A stretch of DNA of 64,000 nt from a virus (lineage: Duplodnaviria; Caudoviricetes), in IMG/VR virus record IMGVR_UViG_3300020419_000014, positions 2,193 through 66,192 of that record; one strand, given 5' to 3'. This document shows positions 9,916 to 20,712 of this stretch, one piece after another; within the stretch, counting starts at the first letter, position 1; each line of letters opens with the position of its first letter. Both the position numbers and the translations under genes were made by a program. Under the pieces are notes generated by a model, which worked only from the letters and a program-made list of their open reading frames with translations, was not told where the DNA came from and searched no databases.

Positions 9916-10144
9916 TAAAAACCCTAATAGAGTTACTGGCGGAATTAAAGGTCAGGGGGTTGACCATATTGTAATGGTAAGTGAAGACGGACTTGAGAAT
10001 CAAGTCCCTACTCACAAGTATGTACAAAGTTTAGAGGAACAATTACGTAAACTACGTGCGACTATTTCGGTATTAGAACGTAAAGTGTCTAGAACTGATA
10101 CTGCTATTACAAATTTACAAACAAGGAGGATAAATCATGATTAA
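9851..10144 (+). CDS. hypothetical coiled-coil late protein
   Basis: TAAATA at 9828-9833 and an AGGA SD inside the 3' end of uvsE; C-terminal heptads. Confidence 0.7.
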   Translation: MTYLNKMYGNKNKDSSTQPTSSKNPNRVTGGIKGQGVDHIVMVSEDGLENQVPTHKYVQSLEEQLRKLRATISVLERKVSRTDTAITNLQTRRINHD

Positions 10145-10304
10145 GAAATTTATCACAAGCAGATTAGAAGAAAGAACTTCATGGGATGGTGCAGCTATTA
10201 TTGCACTAGGAGTTATTGTTCTTATTGCTGGTCCATTTGCAAAACTTGCAGCTTATGCGGCTATTGCATACGGTGCTTGGACAATCTACAAAAAAGAAGA
10301 CTAA
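10137..10304 (+). CDS. small 2-TM membrane protein (55 aa), missing from the ORF track
   Basis: AAGGAGG SD; MIKKFITSRLEERTSWDGAAIIALGVIVLIAGPFAKLAAYAAIAYGAWTIYKKED. Confidence 0.8.
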   Translation: MIKKFITSRLEERTSWDGAAIIALGVIVLIAGPFAKLAAYAAIAYGAWTIYKKED

Positions 10305-10588
10305 AGTTTACCTATTGGTATATCACTGGAGGCAGATAAATTCCACATCTGCTTCCTTTCTACGCCTTTCTTTTGTGCAAAGGTTTTAGCATTACATTTA
10401 TGACAAACATGGAAATAATTATTGGATAACCGTTTAGGATCCATTGTTCCCCTCTCACGACTAAATTCTGTATCACAATTATCACATCGCAAGACAACTA
10501 TTGTTTTTGCACGTCTATAACTATGCTTTCTACCAGATTTAGATCTGCGTGTATGCCGTGTTTCTTCTTCAAATTCTCTAATATACAT
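10301..10588 (-). CDS. zinc-ribbon protein (CxxC...CxxC)
   Basis: Likely start MYIREF at 10588, 5 nt after a minus-strand TAAATA (10594-10599); CDNC and CHKC pairs. Confidence 0.75.
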   Translation of the reverse strand: MYIREFEEETRHTRRSKSGRKHSYRRAKTIVVLRCDNCDTEFSRERGTMDPKRLSNNYFHVCHKCNAKTFAQKKGVERKQMWNLSASSDIPIGKL

Positions 10589-10593
10589 AACTA

Positions 10594-10629
10594 TATTTAC
10601 ATAAAGATTATAGAATAAACTTATAAATA
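10594..10629. promoter_or_regulatory. divergent pair of late promoters
   Basis: Minus-strand GTAAATA (10594-10600) and plus-strand TATAAATA (10622-10629). Confidence 0.75.
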
Positions 10630-10649
10630 CAGTATAACGAGGAGTCAAA

Positions 10650-11012
10650 ATGAACGTTTGTACACTTACAGAATCAGCAAAACAACAAATCAACACAATA
10701 TGCAAAGAAAATAACTGTTATGGTATCAGTTTAAACCTTAAAGGTGGCGGTTGTGCAGGTTTTGAGTATGATTGGGGTACTGTACAATCAGCTGATGAAG
10801 TAAAACCGTTAGATATTACAATGGACGCAGGTGATGGAAAATTTGTAATAGGTAACGAAAGTATGATGTTCTTATTTGGCACAGAAATAGATTACGTAAA
10901 AACAATAATAGGCTCTAATTTTGAAGTTAGAAATCCTAATGCCAAATCGTCATGCGGTTGTGGTATTAGTGTAAATTTTGATATGGATAAACTAGAAGAA
11001 GCAGCAATATAA
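10650..11012 (+). CDS. iscA: Fe-S cluster A-type carrier (HesB/IscA family)
   Basis: TLTESA, KGGGCAGFEY, NPNAKSSCGCG.S. Confidence 0.92.
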   Translation: MNVCTLTESAKQQINTICKENNCYGISLNLKGGGCAGFEYDWGTVQSADEVKPLDITMDAGDGKFVIGNESMMFLFGTEIDYVKTIIGSNFEVRNPNAKSSCGCGISVNFDMDKLEEAAI

Positions 11013-11026
11013 ACGGAGTGCAATAA

Positions 11027-14000
11027 ATGGCAAGACAAGAAGTAAACATTGGCGTAGAGGGTAACGACGGCACCGGTGATAGTATTAGAGAATCGTTTCG
11101 TAAAACTAACGAAAACTTTTCAGAACTATATGCTGTATTCGGGCAAGGCGGTACTATTAATTTTACTGCATTAGCAGATACTCCAAACGAATTATCACCT
11201 AACACGGTTCCACTTGTAAACGATGCAGGTACAGCAATACAGTTAGCTACACTAGCTTCTAACTCGGCCTTAGGAGGCGGTGTGGCAGATACTATTGTGT
11301 TTAGTTACAATGTAGCTGGTAAACTTATTATTTCAACTGCATTTACAGAAATGTCAGATGATTTGACTCCAACATTAGGTGGACCTTTATTAGCTAACGT
11401 CAATCCAATAGCAAACGTTGAAGTATCAGACTCAGCCGCACAAAAATTTGCTACTAGTCACGGCGACAATACTATTACAATAGATGACCTTGTAATTAAT
11501 AAAGGTTACGCAGATAGTAGATACCTTATTAACGATACTACAGGTACTGCTCCAGTTCGTATAAGTGATGAGCCGGCAACAGTTACACAATATACTTTAA
11601 CAATCAACAGATATCTTAATAACAACATTGAAGTTCTTAATCACGGATTTGATTCTAGTATTAACGGTTCGGCATATAAATTTAGAGCAGAAGATACAGA
11701 CCCATCGGGCTTAACAACTAATACAGTATATTATATTAGACGTGTTGACGCAAATAATTTTACTTTACATACAACTTCTTCTAGTGCAGCTGATGCTAAT
11801 CTTGATATTGCAAACGCAACTAAAGTAGCAGTATCAGGAACAATTGATGCAGCTGATACACATACATTAATTGATAATACATACGATGCTTCTTTAGCAG
11901 GAAACTTTTTAAGTAATGTAGCAATGCCACGTAAGAGTATTGTTCGCCGACAAGGTGACACAATGGCTGGAGAGTTATACTTAAACGATCATCCTGGTGA
12001 ACTTGCAGGTTCTGGAAAACCTAACGGTAATGAAGATATGCAAGCGGCTACAAAATTTTATGTAGATAATACAGCATACTCTAGTTCAACTAATTTGTTT
12101 GTTGCTACTAGCGGAGACGACTTAATGACAAGTGTTCCGCAAGGTAGAGAAGGAACAGGTTGGACTTACGCATACAGAACTATTAAAGGTGCAATGAAAA
12201 GGGCAGAAGAATTAGTTAAAGCTTCGGCTCCGGCAACAGCAGACTTATCACCATATAAACAAATTATTACACGAGATTCAGGAGCGGCTGATGCGGCTGT
12301 TACAATCGCAGATGTTGTTTCTCCTGTGTATGACCAAACAAGACTTATTATAGAATCAAATAGAGATTTTATTATTAAAGAACTTACAGGGTTTTTAAAG
12401 TTTACATATCCTAATCATGTTTATGATATTGCACGTTGCGAATTAGATAGTCAATTAATTCTTGATAGTATTGCCTTAGACATTAATAGAGGACTAAACG
12501 CTAATACACTAACAAGAGCGGCCGCAGAAAGATACTATTCAACTGCAAGTGCAAGAAAAGCAATTACAACACAATTAACGCAAACACTTGCGTCTATTAC
12601 ATTTAAGAAAGATTTAATAACAGCATTATTACAGCAACAGCTTTATAGGCAGAAAACAGTTGCAAGTATTTCAATTGCTTCAACAGCAGTAGTTGGAACA
12701 ACAACTGATCACGGTTTAGTTGATAAGAATCAAGTTACATTTGTTGTATCGGGAGGTATGACAGAGATTAACGGTAAGACTGCTTATATTAAAAAATTAA
12801 CAGATCAAACATTTGAATTGTTTACTGACGAAGGACTGACAACACCATTTAGTACTGCTGTAGGTTATTCTGCATTTACTACTGGTACAGTAGGTCCAAT
12901 TTATCAAACTGAAGTCAACAGATGGACTAACGTAGGCGGTGATGGTGATGCTACTGCTAGAGTTGCAGTAGGAGCAAAATTTGATTTAATTACAAACATT
13001 ATTACAAATGGTATAAATTCAGGATCAGATGAAGTGTTTGGTAGTAACTATAAAGTAGTACTAAACAACGGAGCGTTAGATTACGTAGACCAAGGTATAG
13101 CATCTAATAATGATTTACTTCCTGGTAAGATTATAACTGGTAAGATATCAGGTGCAGTAGCTAAAATTGTAAGTTTGCTATCAAACGATGCAACAAACGG
13201 AAGCAATGATACATTAGAAGTTCAATTACTATTTCCAAAAGATTTTGAAGTAGGTGAGAGCATACTTTATGGAAATACTAGTAAGAGTAAACAAATTACT
13301 GTTCATGTTGAATCAGGAGTATACGAAGAAGACTATCCTATTAAGGTACCTGAGAATGTAACCTTAAGAGGTGACGACTATAGACGAGTAATTATTAAAC
13401 CAAAAGATAGAGCTTCACAATCTCCTTGGGCAAGTACATATCTATATAGAGATATTGAATTTGATGGTTTAAGTACAGCAACAACAGGAACACCATTCTT
13501 TAATCAATCAAATGTAAAGCAAGGATTTTTTGGTTACCATTATCTAGTTGATGCTGATAAGCCTGAATCAATTGGTACAGCAATTACTAATCCAGGAAAA
13601 TATACTACAGCCGCAGAGATTGTTAGACTAAACAAAAAATTTATACAAGAAGAAGTTATTGCATGGGTTGATGCAAATAAACCTAATATTACTTTTGATG
13701 AACCTACTTGGAGAACAAGAGTTGAATTAATCTTAAATGATATTGCTAACGATATGGCATTGAATACAAATTACAATGCAGTTAACAGAGGTTTGTATTA
13801 TCAGCAAACTCCGCAAGCTACAGCAGTTGGTGCAAATAAAGAAGCTACTATTAGCTCAATAAGATATATTGGATACTTAGTTAGAAACTTGGCCGCTGTT
13901 AAACTTACACCGCAAGGTATTGCAAGACTTGATGATTCAATTACAGAAATAGTTGATATTATTACAAACGGTAGTGTTAATACAGGTACTGGTGCAGGAC

Positions 14001-17000
14001 CATTAGAATTTGATTATCCTGTTAATTCAGCAGGCGTTGATGCAGATGCTGATGCTACAAAAGCAAGAAAACAATTACAAGCAAACAATGCATTTTTACA
14101 AGCTGAGATTGCAGAATGGGTAAACACAAATCATTCTGGAGCATCACTTGATGCTACAAGATTAAAATTTGAAATTGGAAGAGTTATCGATGCTGCAAGT
14201 TACGATTTACAATACGGTGGTAATAGTGCAGTAAGAAGAGTTGCTCTAAGTTTATATAATGGTGCAACAGAATTATGGACAGCTAGTGCCGCTCAAAGAA
14301 CAGCAGTTGCTGGCGCACTAAATTACTTGTCAACCATAGGTGAAGTTGTATTAGTTGATAATGTTGTAACAAGTTTACAATCAGATGTTGCACAAAATAT
14401 TACATTAGAAGCAGCATCAACTACAGAACAAGCAGAATTCAGTGGACTATTACAAGTAGTTGAAGATGTTGTAACAGCTAATAGTACATCAGGTATACCA
14501 GCAGAAACACTTCCAAGTGTTACATGGGCTGAGTCACAATTTACAACAGCAAGAACTGCTATAATAGGTGCATCAAATGTTACTACAATACAGAATAGTG
14601 TTATAAGTTTTGTTAATACTAACTTTGTTAACTACGTTCACGGAGTAGCAAAATGTAGAAGAGACGTTGGTTTAATTTTAGATTCTATAAGAAACGATTT
14701 AATAAGAGGTGGAGCAGAATTTACTACAGCTTCAGCAGGTGAGTATTATTACTATTACGTTGCCAAGTACGCAGAAGGTGGGTTCTTAGGACAAGAGGCA
14801 ATCACAAGAGATTCAGTAAATCAAATTGGAACTATAATACAAACACTCTTAACTGGAGCATATCCTAACGGTAGTATTTTACAAAACCAAGCGGCGGCAA
14901 GTTATCAACCTCCAGTACTTACAGGAGGCACTGGAGAATCTGGAACTGGTACTTTAGCTATTAACTTAGTTGGCAGAGTTACTTACGCATTCAATAACGA
15001 TTATAATCCACCAAAAAGAAATAATCAAATGGATGTGTTCTTAATGAACGACGGTACAATTATTTCTAATGTAAGTTGTCAAGGACACGGTGGATTTATG
15101 ACTGTGCTTGACCCAGCAGGACAAATATTAACAAAGTCACCTTACATATTTGCATGTTCTAGTTTTAGTAAAAGTGAAAACAAAAAAACATTTGCTGGAG
15201 GAATGTTCCTCGATGCTTATGTTGCTAACCTTCCAGTATATGTACCAGAAACAATTAATCCTGGTGCATCATTAGGAGGATTACAAAACGGTAAAATAAA
15301 TAATTTTACTCTTTGGATAAGAAGTTTGCCAGGAGAAGGTTTATTTTTAAGAGCACCGTTACTTCCATGTCCATTCTATGTTGAAGGACGTAGATATCAA
15401 ATAAATGCTATTTCAGATTATGACAGTGGAAACGGTTGGTGTAAAATTTATCTTGATGCAGATTCAAACGGTGGTACAGGATATGATCAAACGCAGTTTG
15501 CAGATTCAAAATATTATAGGGACTTATTTTTACAAACCTCTGGAAACAGATCATTACTTGCACAAAACTTTACACAGATAAATGACTTAGGTTACGGACT
15601 TGTTTGTAACAACGGTGCAGTATCTGAACAAGTGTCAACATTTACATACTACAACCATGCGGCATTTTATGCTTTCAATGGTTCAGAAATTAGAGCATTA
15701 AACTGTTCAAACGGATATGGTAACTTTGGTCTTGTTGCAGAAGGAGCAGATCCAAACGAAATTCCAGATCAAGTAACATTACGAGACAGGACTATGCAAC
15801 CTGCTAAAACTGTAACTACAGCAACATTTACAAATGCTGTTAATGATACAGACATTTATGTAACTGAACTTGGACAGGCACCGTTACCGAACTCACATGT
15901 AACTATCGCACACGGTGGATCAACGGGTACACTAAATTATCTTATTAATAATGTTGAGTGTATGAGTGATGCAGATAACGATCAAATTTTTGGTGAAATT
16001 GGTGATGTTCATGTAACTGGTGTTGAATCAGTTACTAGTATAGGCGGTGCTGATGGTTCACGTTCTGCAGGAACTTATACAAATGTACCAACCACAGGTG
16101 GTTCAGTTAAAAATATTAGCGGTGCAACACAGGCAAATCCAGTTGTAATAACGACTACTACAGATCATAATTTAAGAGACGGATCTAAAATTGTTATAGG
16201 TTCTGTTGCAGGCATGACGCAACTTAACGGTAACACATATTATTCTAAGAGTGTTAGTGATACAACATTCCAATTATATTCTGACTCAGCATTAACAACC
16301 ACAGTTAATGGTGCAGGATTTACAGCTTATACTTCAGGCGGTACAGTAACAGGTGGCGGAGCAACATTTAACATTACAGTTGATGGCACAGGAGCTGCAA
16401 CTTCTGTAACAGTTAGCCGTGGTGGACAAAATTATGTTACTGGTGAAACTCTTACAGTACTTGATGCTGACATTGGTAACGGTGGCGGTGCTGCATTAAC
16501 ATTTGATGTTGTAGCTGTTGCAAATGCATTAGGTGTAGGAAAAGTAAGTAACAGAATTTATAAATTAAGTATTGCAGTTGACTCTGCACAAGCAAACGAC
16601 TTCTTTGACAAGTTACAATTAACAGTACCAGGTGGTACTCTTATCAAATATAGAAATGTTAAATCACATGTATTAAACGGTATTACTGATCCGTCACAAT
16701 TAAATGTTAGACCTAATACTGCTATTAACTTTGATGAAAGTGATACAGTTACATATAGAAGTATTGATTTTCAAAATACAGATCCATACGGTGTTGCTGT
16801 TGGTGCAAATTCAATTTATACTACATTAGATTCTGGTTTTGAAACATTAGATATTAGTTCAACTGGTGATGTAAATTTACAAGGTGGTAATGGTAGTACA
16901 CAAGGTGATACAAAAATTGCTATTAACCAACTTACTAGAGCTAGTGATATAACAAGAATAACTAGAGACATTGCAGGATTACAACCAGGTGAAGGCGGTT

Positions 17001-19744
17001 ATGCTGGCGGAATGTTATTTACACATGACGGTAAAATTCATCAGGTTACTAATTACGAAAGTGATTCAACAGTTGCATATATTACCATTGCTGACGTAGC
17101 AGATACTAATATTAACGGCAGTTATTCAGGTACAGGATTAAACTCAGGATTATCAATAACAACAGGTGAAAACTTTAAACTAGGCATCAATGCAAATGCT
17201 ACAGCTGAACTCACTGTTTCGATATCACTTGTAAGAGCTACAGGACACGACTTTACACAGATTGGTACAGGTTCGTTTAATGACTCAAACTATCCAAACA
17301 TTATTTTAGGTAAAGCAGAAAACTCACTTGCAGAATTTTATACTACAGATAATACTGCTTCTAAAGCACAGGTGTGGGAGCGAAGAAAAGGTAGAGTATT
17401 CTTTGTAAGTACTGACCAATTTGGTTTCTTCCGTGTAGGTAAATTCTTTAGTGTAGACCAAGCAACAGGACTTATTACATTCTCAGGAGAAATTGGATTA
17501 TCAAATGCTAACGCACTTGGATTTACCAAAGGTGTTACAATTAACGAATTCTCAGCAGACGATTCAATGGGTGATGCTTCGGCTAGTGCAGTACCAACTG
17601 AGAAATCAGTTGTTGCCTATGTTGATAGACGACTTGGTAGCACACAAGGTGGCGCACAAGTTCAAGCATCTCCTTCAGGAAATAGAATTGGACAAGGCTT
17701 TGTACCATTAAACGGTGTATTTCCAATGGAAGGCACATTGGTTATGGGTACTAATCAAATTACTGGTGTTGCTAATCCAGGTACTGATGGTACAGCGGCT
17801 ACTAATAAAAATTACGTAGACGCAAGAGTTGGTGAATTTGATGAACTCAAAGATTTAAGAAGTGTTGAAACTAATAGTCAAACTAAAGATGATTTACTTG
17901 TTGCGACTGGTAAGAAAAGAATTTATGTATCTCCACCAAGTGGAGGAACATGGGTAGTAGGTGATACAATTCAATTAGTAGGTAACGCAGGTATTAATGG
18001 TACGATTGTAGACTTAGAGATAACAACAGATCAACTACTTGGCGATAACGGTAATGCTTATAGTGTAACTATTGTAACATATACTGTCGGCGCAGGAGCG
18101 TTTACTTTAAGTGACTCTTTGACTAACGGAACTGCAACAGCAACAGTACTTACTACTCCAATGGATGAATGGGCTAATGCCGCAGAAGCATCTGGTAGTG
18201 ATATTAATATTACAGCAACTAGAACACAAACTGCAACCGAAGTTGATTTGCAAATTGCACCTGGAGCAATTATTAACGCAGATGTTAATAATAGTGCAGG
18301 TATTGTTCAAAGTAAATTATCTATGCAAAATGCAAATACATTTGATGAAGATGATGCGACAAGCGGTTGGAGCGGTTCAGCTAGTAAAGTACAAGCTGAT
18401 TTAGGACTAGCTAAATTTAGTGATGAAAACTTTGAAACTGTAAGCGGTTATGTAAGAATTAAAGCTGGAGGTATTGCTGTTGCTGAACTACAAAATATTG
18501 TAACAGGTAATGTTCTAGGAAGAACTACAGCAGGTACAGGTTCAGTTGAAGAAATTTCATTTGCTGATGCACTATCTGCAGGTGGAGGTCTTGTTGATAG
18601 TGACTTTACAAATACAATAATTTCAACAGATACAGGATATCCTGGATCAGCTTTAGTTAAATTATCAGCAGGTAATTACGGCGTAAGTGTGATATCAGAT
18701 GCGTCAACAGGTGATACTATTGCTAGAAGAAAAACTTCAGGAGCAATACAAGCAAACAGTTATATAATTGGTGGTACTGACACTTATGAAATTTTGTCAG
18801 AAAGTTCAGGTACACTTACATTAAAAACACCTGCTCAAGGTACAATACTTACAGCAGTTGGCGGAAGTGTAACTCCTTCAGTAACATATCCGGTTGTAAA
18901 GATTCCAGGAAACCTAGATGTTGGAGAAACTAATATTAGTACTGAATCAACATTCCATGCAGGTTCTAGTTATACAGGAGAATCATTTGTAGCAAGTGAC
19001 TGGACATATACAAACTTTATTGAAGCTAATGGTGAGAGAGATGCAACAGGTACTGGTATTGGTTTAGGTGCAGGAACAGGATTTACTGATGCGGCGGCAG
19101 ATATTATACAAATTGTTACAGGCGGTGCAGTAAGAGTACAAGTTGGAAATACTATTACAAAAGTAACAAACGGATTAACTGTAGAAGGAAACACTATACT
19201 AGGGAGTGATAGTGCTGACACAGTTAACATAACAGGTAGAATTAGTGCAAATATTTTACCAAATGCAGACAATACTATTAACTTAGGACAAGGTGGCGGT
19301 ACTCCGCTTAAATTTAATACTGTATACGCTACAACATTTTCAGGTACAGCAACTACAGCAAGATATGCTGACTTAGCTGAAAAATACTTAGCAGACGAAG
19401 CATACGAAGCTGGTACAGTAGTGGTACTTGGTGGCACAGAAGAAATTACAGTGACATCTACTAAAGACGATCATAGAGTAGTTGGTGTTGTTTCAACTAA
19501 TCCAGCTTACTTAATGAACTCAGAACTTGAAGGTAATTATCCAACAGATGTTGCAATGACTGGAAGAGTACCTTGTAAAGTAATTGGAATTACAGCAAAA
19601 GGTGACATGTTAGTTGCTAGTGCTGTTCCAGGATATGCTGTTGTTAACAATGATCCTAAACCAGGAACAATAATAGGAAAGGCGCTAGAAAATAAACCAG
19701 ATGGCGGCAAAGGAACTATTGAAATTATCGTAGGGAAAATATAA
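11027..19744 (+). CDS. giant virion structural protein (baseplate/fibre), 2905 aa
   Basis: gp9/gp10-like N-terminus (NDGTGDSIR.SF.K.NENF.ELY), repeated helical and beta modules, C-terminal ADLAEKY chaperone/peptidase-like domain. Confidence 0.85.
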   Translation: MARQEVNIGVEGNDGTGDSIRESFRKTNENFSELYAVFGQGGTINFTALADTPNELSPNTVPLVNDAGTAIQLATLASNSALGGGVADTIVFSYNVAGKLIISTAFTEMSDDLTPTLGGPLLANVNPIANVEVSDSAAQKFATSHGDNTITIDDLVINKGYADSRYLINDTTGTAPVRISDEPATVTQYTLTINRYLNNNIEVLNHGFDSSINGSAYKFRAEDTDPSGLTTNTVYYIRRVDANNFTLHTTSSSAADANLDIANATKVAVSGTIDAADTHTLIDNTYDASLAGNFLSNVAMPRKSIVRRQGDTMAGELYLNDHPGELAGSGKPNGNEDMQAATKFYVDNTAYSSSTNLFVATSGDDLMTSVPQGREGTGWTYAYRTIKGAMKRAEELVKASAPATADLSPYKQIITRDSGAADAAVTIADVVSPVYDQTRLIIESNRDFIIKELTGFLKFTYPNHVYDIARCELDSQLILDSIALDINRGLNANTLTRAAAERYYSTASARKAITTQLTQTLASITFKKDLITALLQQQLYRQKTVASISIASTAVVGTTTDHGLVDKNQVTFVVSGGMTEINGKTAYIKKLTDQTFELFTDEGLTTPFSTAVGYSAFTTGTVGPIYQTEVNRWTNVGGDGDATARVAVGAKFDLITNIITNGINSGSDEVFGSNYKVVLNNGALDYVDQGIASNNDLLPGKIITGKISGAVAKIVSLLSNDATNGSNDTLEVQLLFPKDFEVGESILYGNTSKSKQITVHVESGVYEEDYPIKVPENVTLRGDDYRRVIIKPKDRASQSPWASTYLYRDIEFDGLSTATTGTPFFNQSNVKQGFFGYHYLVDADKPESIGTAITNPGKYTTAAEIVRLNKKFIQEEVIAWVDANKPNITFDEPTWRTRVELILNDIANDMALNTNYNAVNRGLYYQQTPQATAVGANKEATISSIRYIGYLVRNLAAVKLTPQGIARLDDSITEIVDIITNGSVNTGTGAGPLEFDYPVNSAGVDADADATKARKQLQANNAFLQAEIAEWVNTNHSGASLDATRLKFEIGRVIDAASYDLQYGGNSAVRRVALSLYNGATELWTASAAQRTAVAGALNYLSTIGEVVLVDNVVTSLQSDVAQNITLEAASTTEQAEFSGLLQVVEDVVTANSTSGIPAETLPSVTWAESQFTTARTAIIGASNVTTIQNSVISFVNTNFVNYVHGVAKCRRDVGLILDSIRNDLIRGGAEFTTASAGEYYYYYVAKYAEGGFLGQEAITRDSVNQIGTIIQTLLTGAYPNGSILQNQAAASYQPPVLTGGTGESGTGTLAINLVGRVTYAFNNDYNPPKRNNQMDVFLMNDGTIISNVSCQGHGGFMTVLDPAGQILTKSPYIFACSSFSKSENKKTFAGGMFLDAYVANLPVYVPETINPGASLGGLQNGKINNFTLWIRSLPGEGLFLRAPLLPCPFYVEGRRYQINAISDYDSGNGWCKIYLDADSNGGTGYDQTQFADSKYYRDLFLQTSGNRSLLAQNFTQINDLGYGLVCNNGAVSEQVSTFTYYNHAAFYAFNGSEIRALNCSNGYGNFGLVAEGADPNEIPDQVTLRDRTMQPAKTVTTATFTNAVNDTDIYVTELGQAPLPNSHVTIAHGGSTGTLNYLINNVECMSDADNDQIFGEIGDVHVTGVESVTSIGGADGSRSAGTYTNVPTTGGSVKNISGATQANPVVITTTTDHNLRDGSKIVIGSVAGMTQLNGNTYYSKSVSDTTFQLYSDSALTTTVNGAGFTAYTSGGTVTGGGATFNITVDGTGAATSVTVSRGGQNYVTGETLTVLDADIGNGGGAALTFDVVAVANALGVGKVSNRIYKLSIAVDSAQANDFFDKLQLTVPGGTLIKYRNVKSHVLNGITDPSQLNVRPNTAINFDESDTVTYRSIDFQNTDPYGVAVGANSIYTTLDSGFETLDISSTGDVNLQGGNGSTQGDTKIAINQLTRASDITRITRDIAGLQPGEGGYAGGMLFTHDGKIHQVTNYESDSTVAYITIADVADTNINGSYSGTGLNSGLSITTGENFKLGINANATAELTVSISLVRATGHDFTQIGTGSFNDSNYPNIILGKAENSLAEFYTTDNTASKAQVWERRKGRVFFVSTDQFGFFRVGKFFSVDQATGLITFSGEIGLSNANALGFTKGVTINEFSADDSMGDASASAVPTEKSVVAYVDRRLGSTQGGAQVQASPSGNRIGQGFVPLNGVFPMEGTLVMGTNQITGVANPGTDGTAATNKNYVDARVGEFDELKDLRSVETNSQTKDDLLVATGKKRIYVSPPSGGTWVVGDTIQLVGNAGINGTIVDLEITTDQLLGDNGNAYSVTIVTYTVGAGAFTLSDSLTNGTATATVLTTPMDEWANAAEASGSDINITATRTQTATEVDLQIAPGAIINADVNNSAGIVQSKLSMQNANTFDEDDATSGWSGSASKVQADLGLAKFSDENFETVSGYVRIKAGGIAVAELQNIVTGNVLGRTTAGTGSVEEISFADALSAGGGLVDSDFTNTIISTDTGYPGSALVKLSAGNYGVSVISDASTGDTIARRKTSGAIQANSYIIGGTDTYEILSESSGTLTLKTPAQGTILTAVGGSVTPSVTYPVVKIPGNLDVGETNISTESTFHAGSSYTGESFVASDWTYTNFIEANGERDATGTGIGLGAGTGFTDAAADIIQIVTGGAVRVQVGNTITKVTNGLTVEGNTILGSDSADTVNITGRISANILPNADNTINLGQGGGTPLKFNTVYATTFSGTATTARYADLAEKYLADEAYEAGTVVVLGGTEEITVTSTKDDHRVVGVVSTNPAYLMNSELEGNYPTDVAMTGRVPCKVIGITAKGDMLVASAVPGYAVVNNDPKPGTIIGKALENKPDGGKGTIEIIVGKI

Positions 19745-20676
19745 TGGCAAAGAAAATAATTAACATTGGTAAGTCACAAAATAAAGGTGATGGCGATCCG
19801 TTACGTACAGCTTTTTCTAAAGTAAACGATAACTTCGATGAACTTTACAGCGGTACATTTACAGATACAACAAACTTTGGTACTGATATTATTCCAGGTA
19901 CGGATAATAACATTGCATTAGGATCTTCAACTAAACGCTGGTCAGATTTATATGTTGCAGATTTTATTTTTATCAACGGTGTACGATTAAGTGGATCAGC
20001 GGCAGGCGATCTTGTTGTAGGCGGAAACGTTGTACAAGCAAAAGATATAGTAGGAAGTATATTTGCTGACGATTCAAAACTAATGATGGACGGACTTACT
20101 GGAACATTATACGGTCCTATGATCGGAGATGTTACAGGAAGTGTGTTTGCAGACAACAGTACTATATTAGTTGATGGTGTATCAGGAAAAATTACATTAG
20201 GAAATAATACAACAGACGATTTACCAGAAGGAAGTACAAATAAATATATCAATGGTAAAACAACAGACGATTTACCAGAAGGTTCATCAAATGAATATTA
20301 TACAAATGCTAAATTCGATACTCAGCTTTCTACAAAAAATACAGACAACCTTTCAGAAGGTGCTTCAAACAAATATTATTCTAGTACACTTGCAAACGCA
20401 GATATTGATGCAAGAGTAACTCAATCTTTTGTTAACAATTTAAGTATTACAGCTACACAAGTTGGAAATATTACAGCTATAGCAAGTGTGATAGATACAG
20501 ATGATAGCAGTACAATAACATTTACTCCAGCGGTAACAATGAATAGCGATTTAACTGTAGAAAATAATATAATACCAAATAACATTATTGGATATATTAG
20601 CAATGTCGAACTTAAAAATATAGTAGCGGCAAGCACAGATTTTGCTGACTTCAAAACAAGGATAGCGACACTATAA
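19744..20676 (+). CDS. fibre/baseplate protein with gp9/gp10-like N-terminus
   Basis: NIG...GDGDPLR.AF.KVN.NF.ELY; TTDDLPEG repeats. Confidence 0.8.
   Translation: MAKKIINIGKSQNKGDGDPLRTAFSKVNDNFDELYSGTFTDTTNFGTDIIPGTDNNIALGSSTKRWSDLYVADFIFINGVRLSGSAAGDLVVGGNVVQAKDIVGSIFADDSKLMMDGLTGTLYGPMIGDVTGSVFADNSTILVDGVSGKITLGNNTTDDLPEGSTNKYINGKTTDDLPEGSSNEYYTNAKFDTQLSTKNTDNLSEGASNKYYSSTLANADIDARVTQSFVNNLSITATQVGNITAIASVIDTDDSSTITFTPAVTMNSDLTVENNIIPNNIIGYISNVELKNIVAASTDFADFKTRIATL
20209..20282 (+). repeat. intragenic direct repeat encoding TTDDLPEG (2 exact copies plus 1 degenerate copy)
   Basis: ACAACAGACGATTTACCAGAAGG occurs twice, 51 nt apart. Confidence 0.75.
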
Positions 20677-20712
20677 TGACTTACGATAAATATACAAAAC
20701 AGGATGTAACTA

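Noticed and set aside
10589-10705. N-terminal extension of the 10301-10705 minus ORF
   Set aside because: It overlaps iscA and both promoters; the ATG at 10588 fits the late-box spacing.
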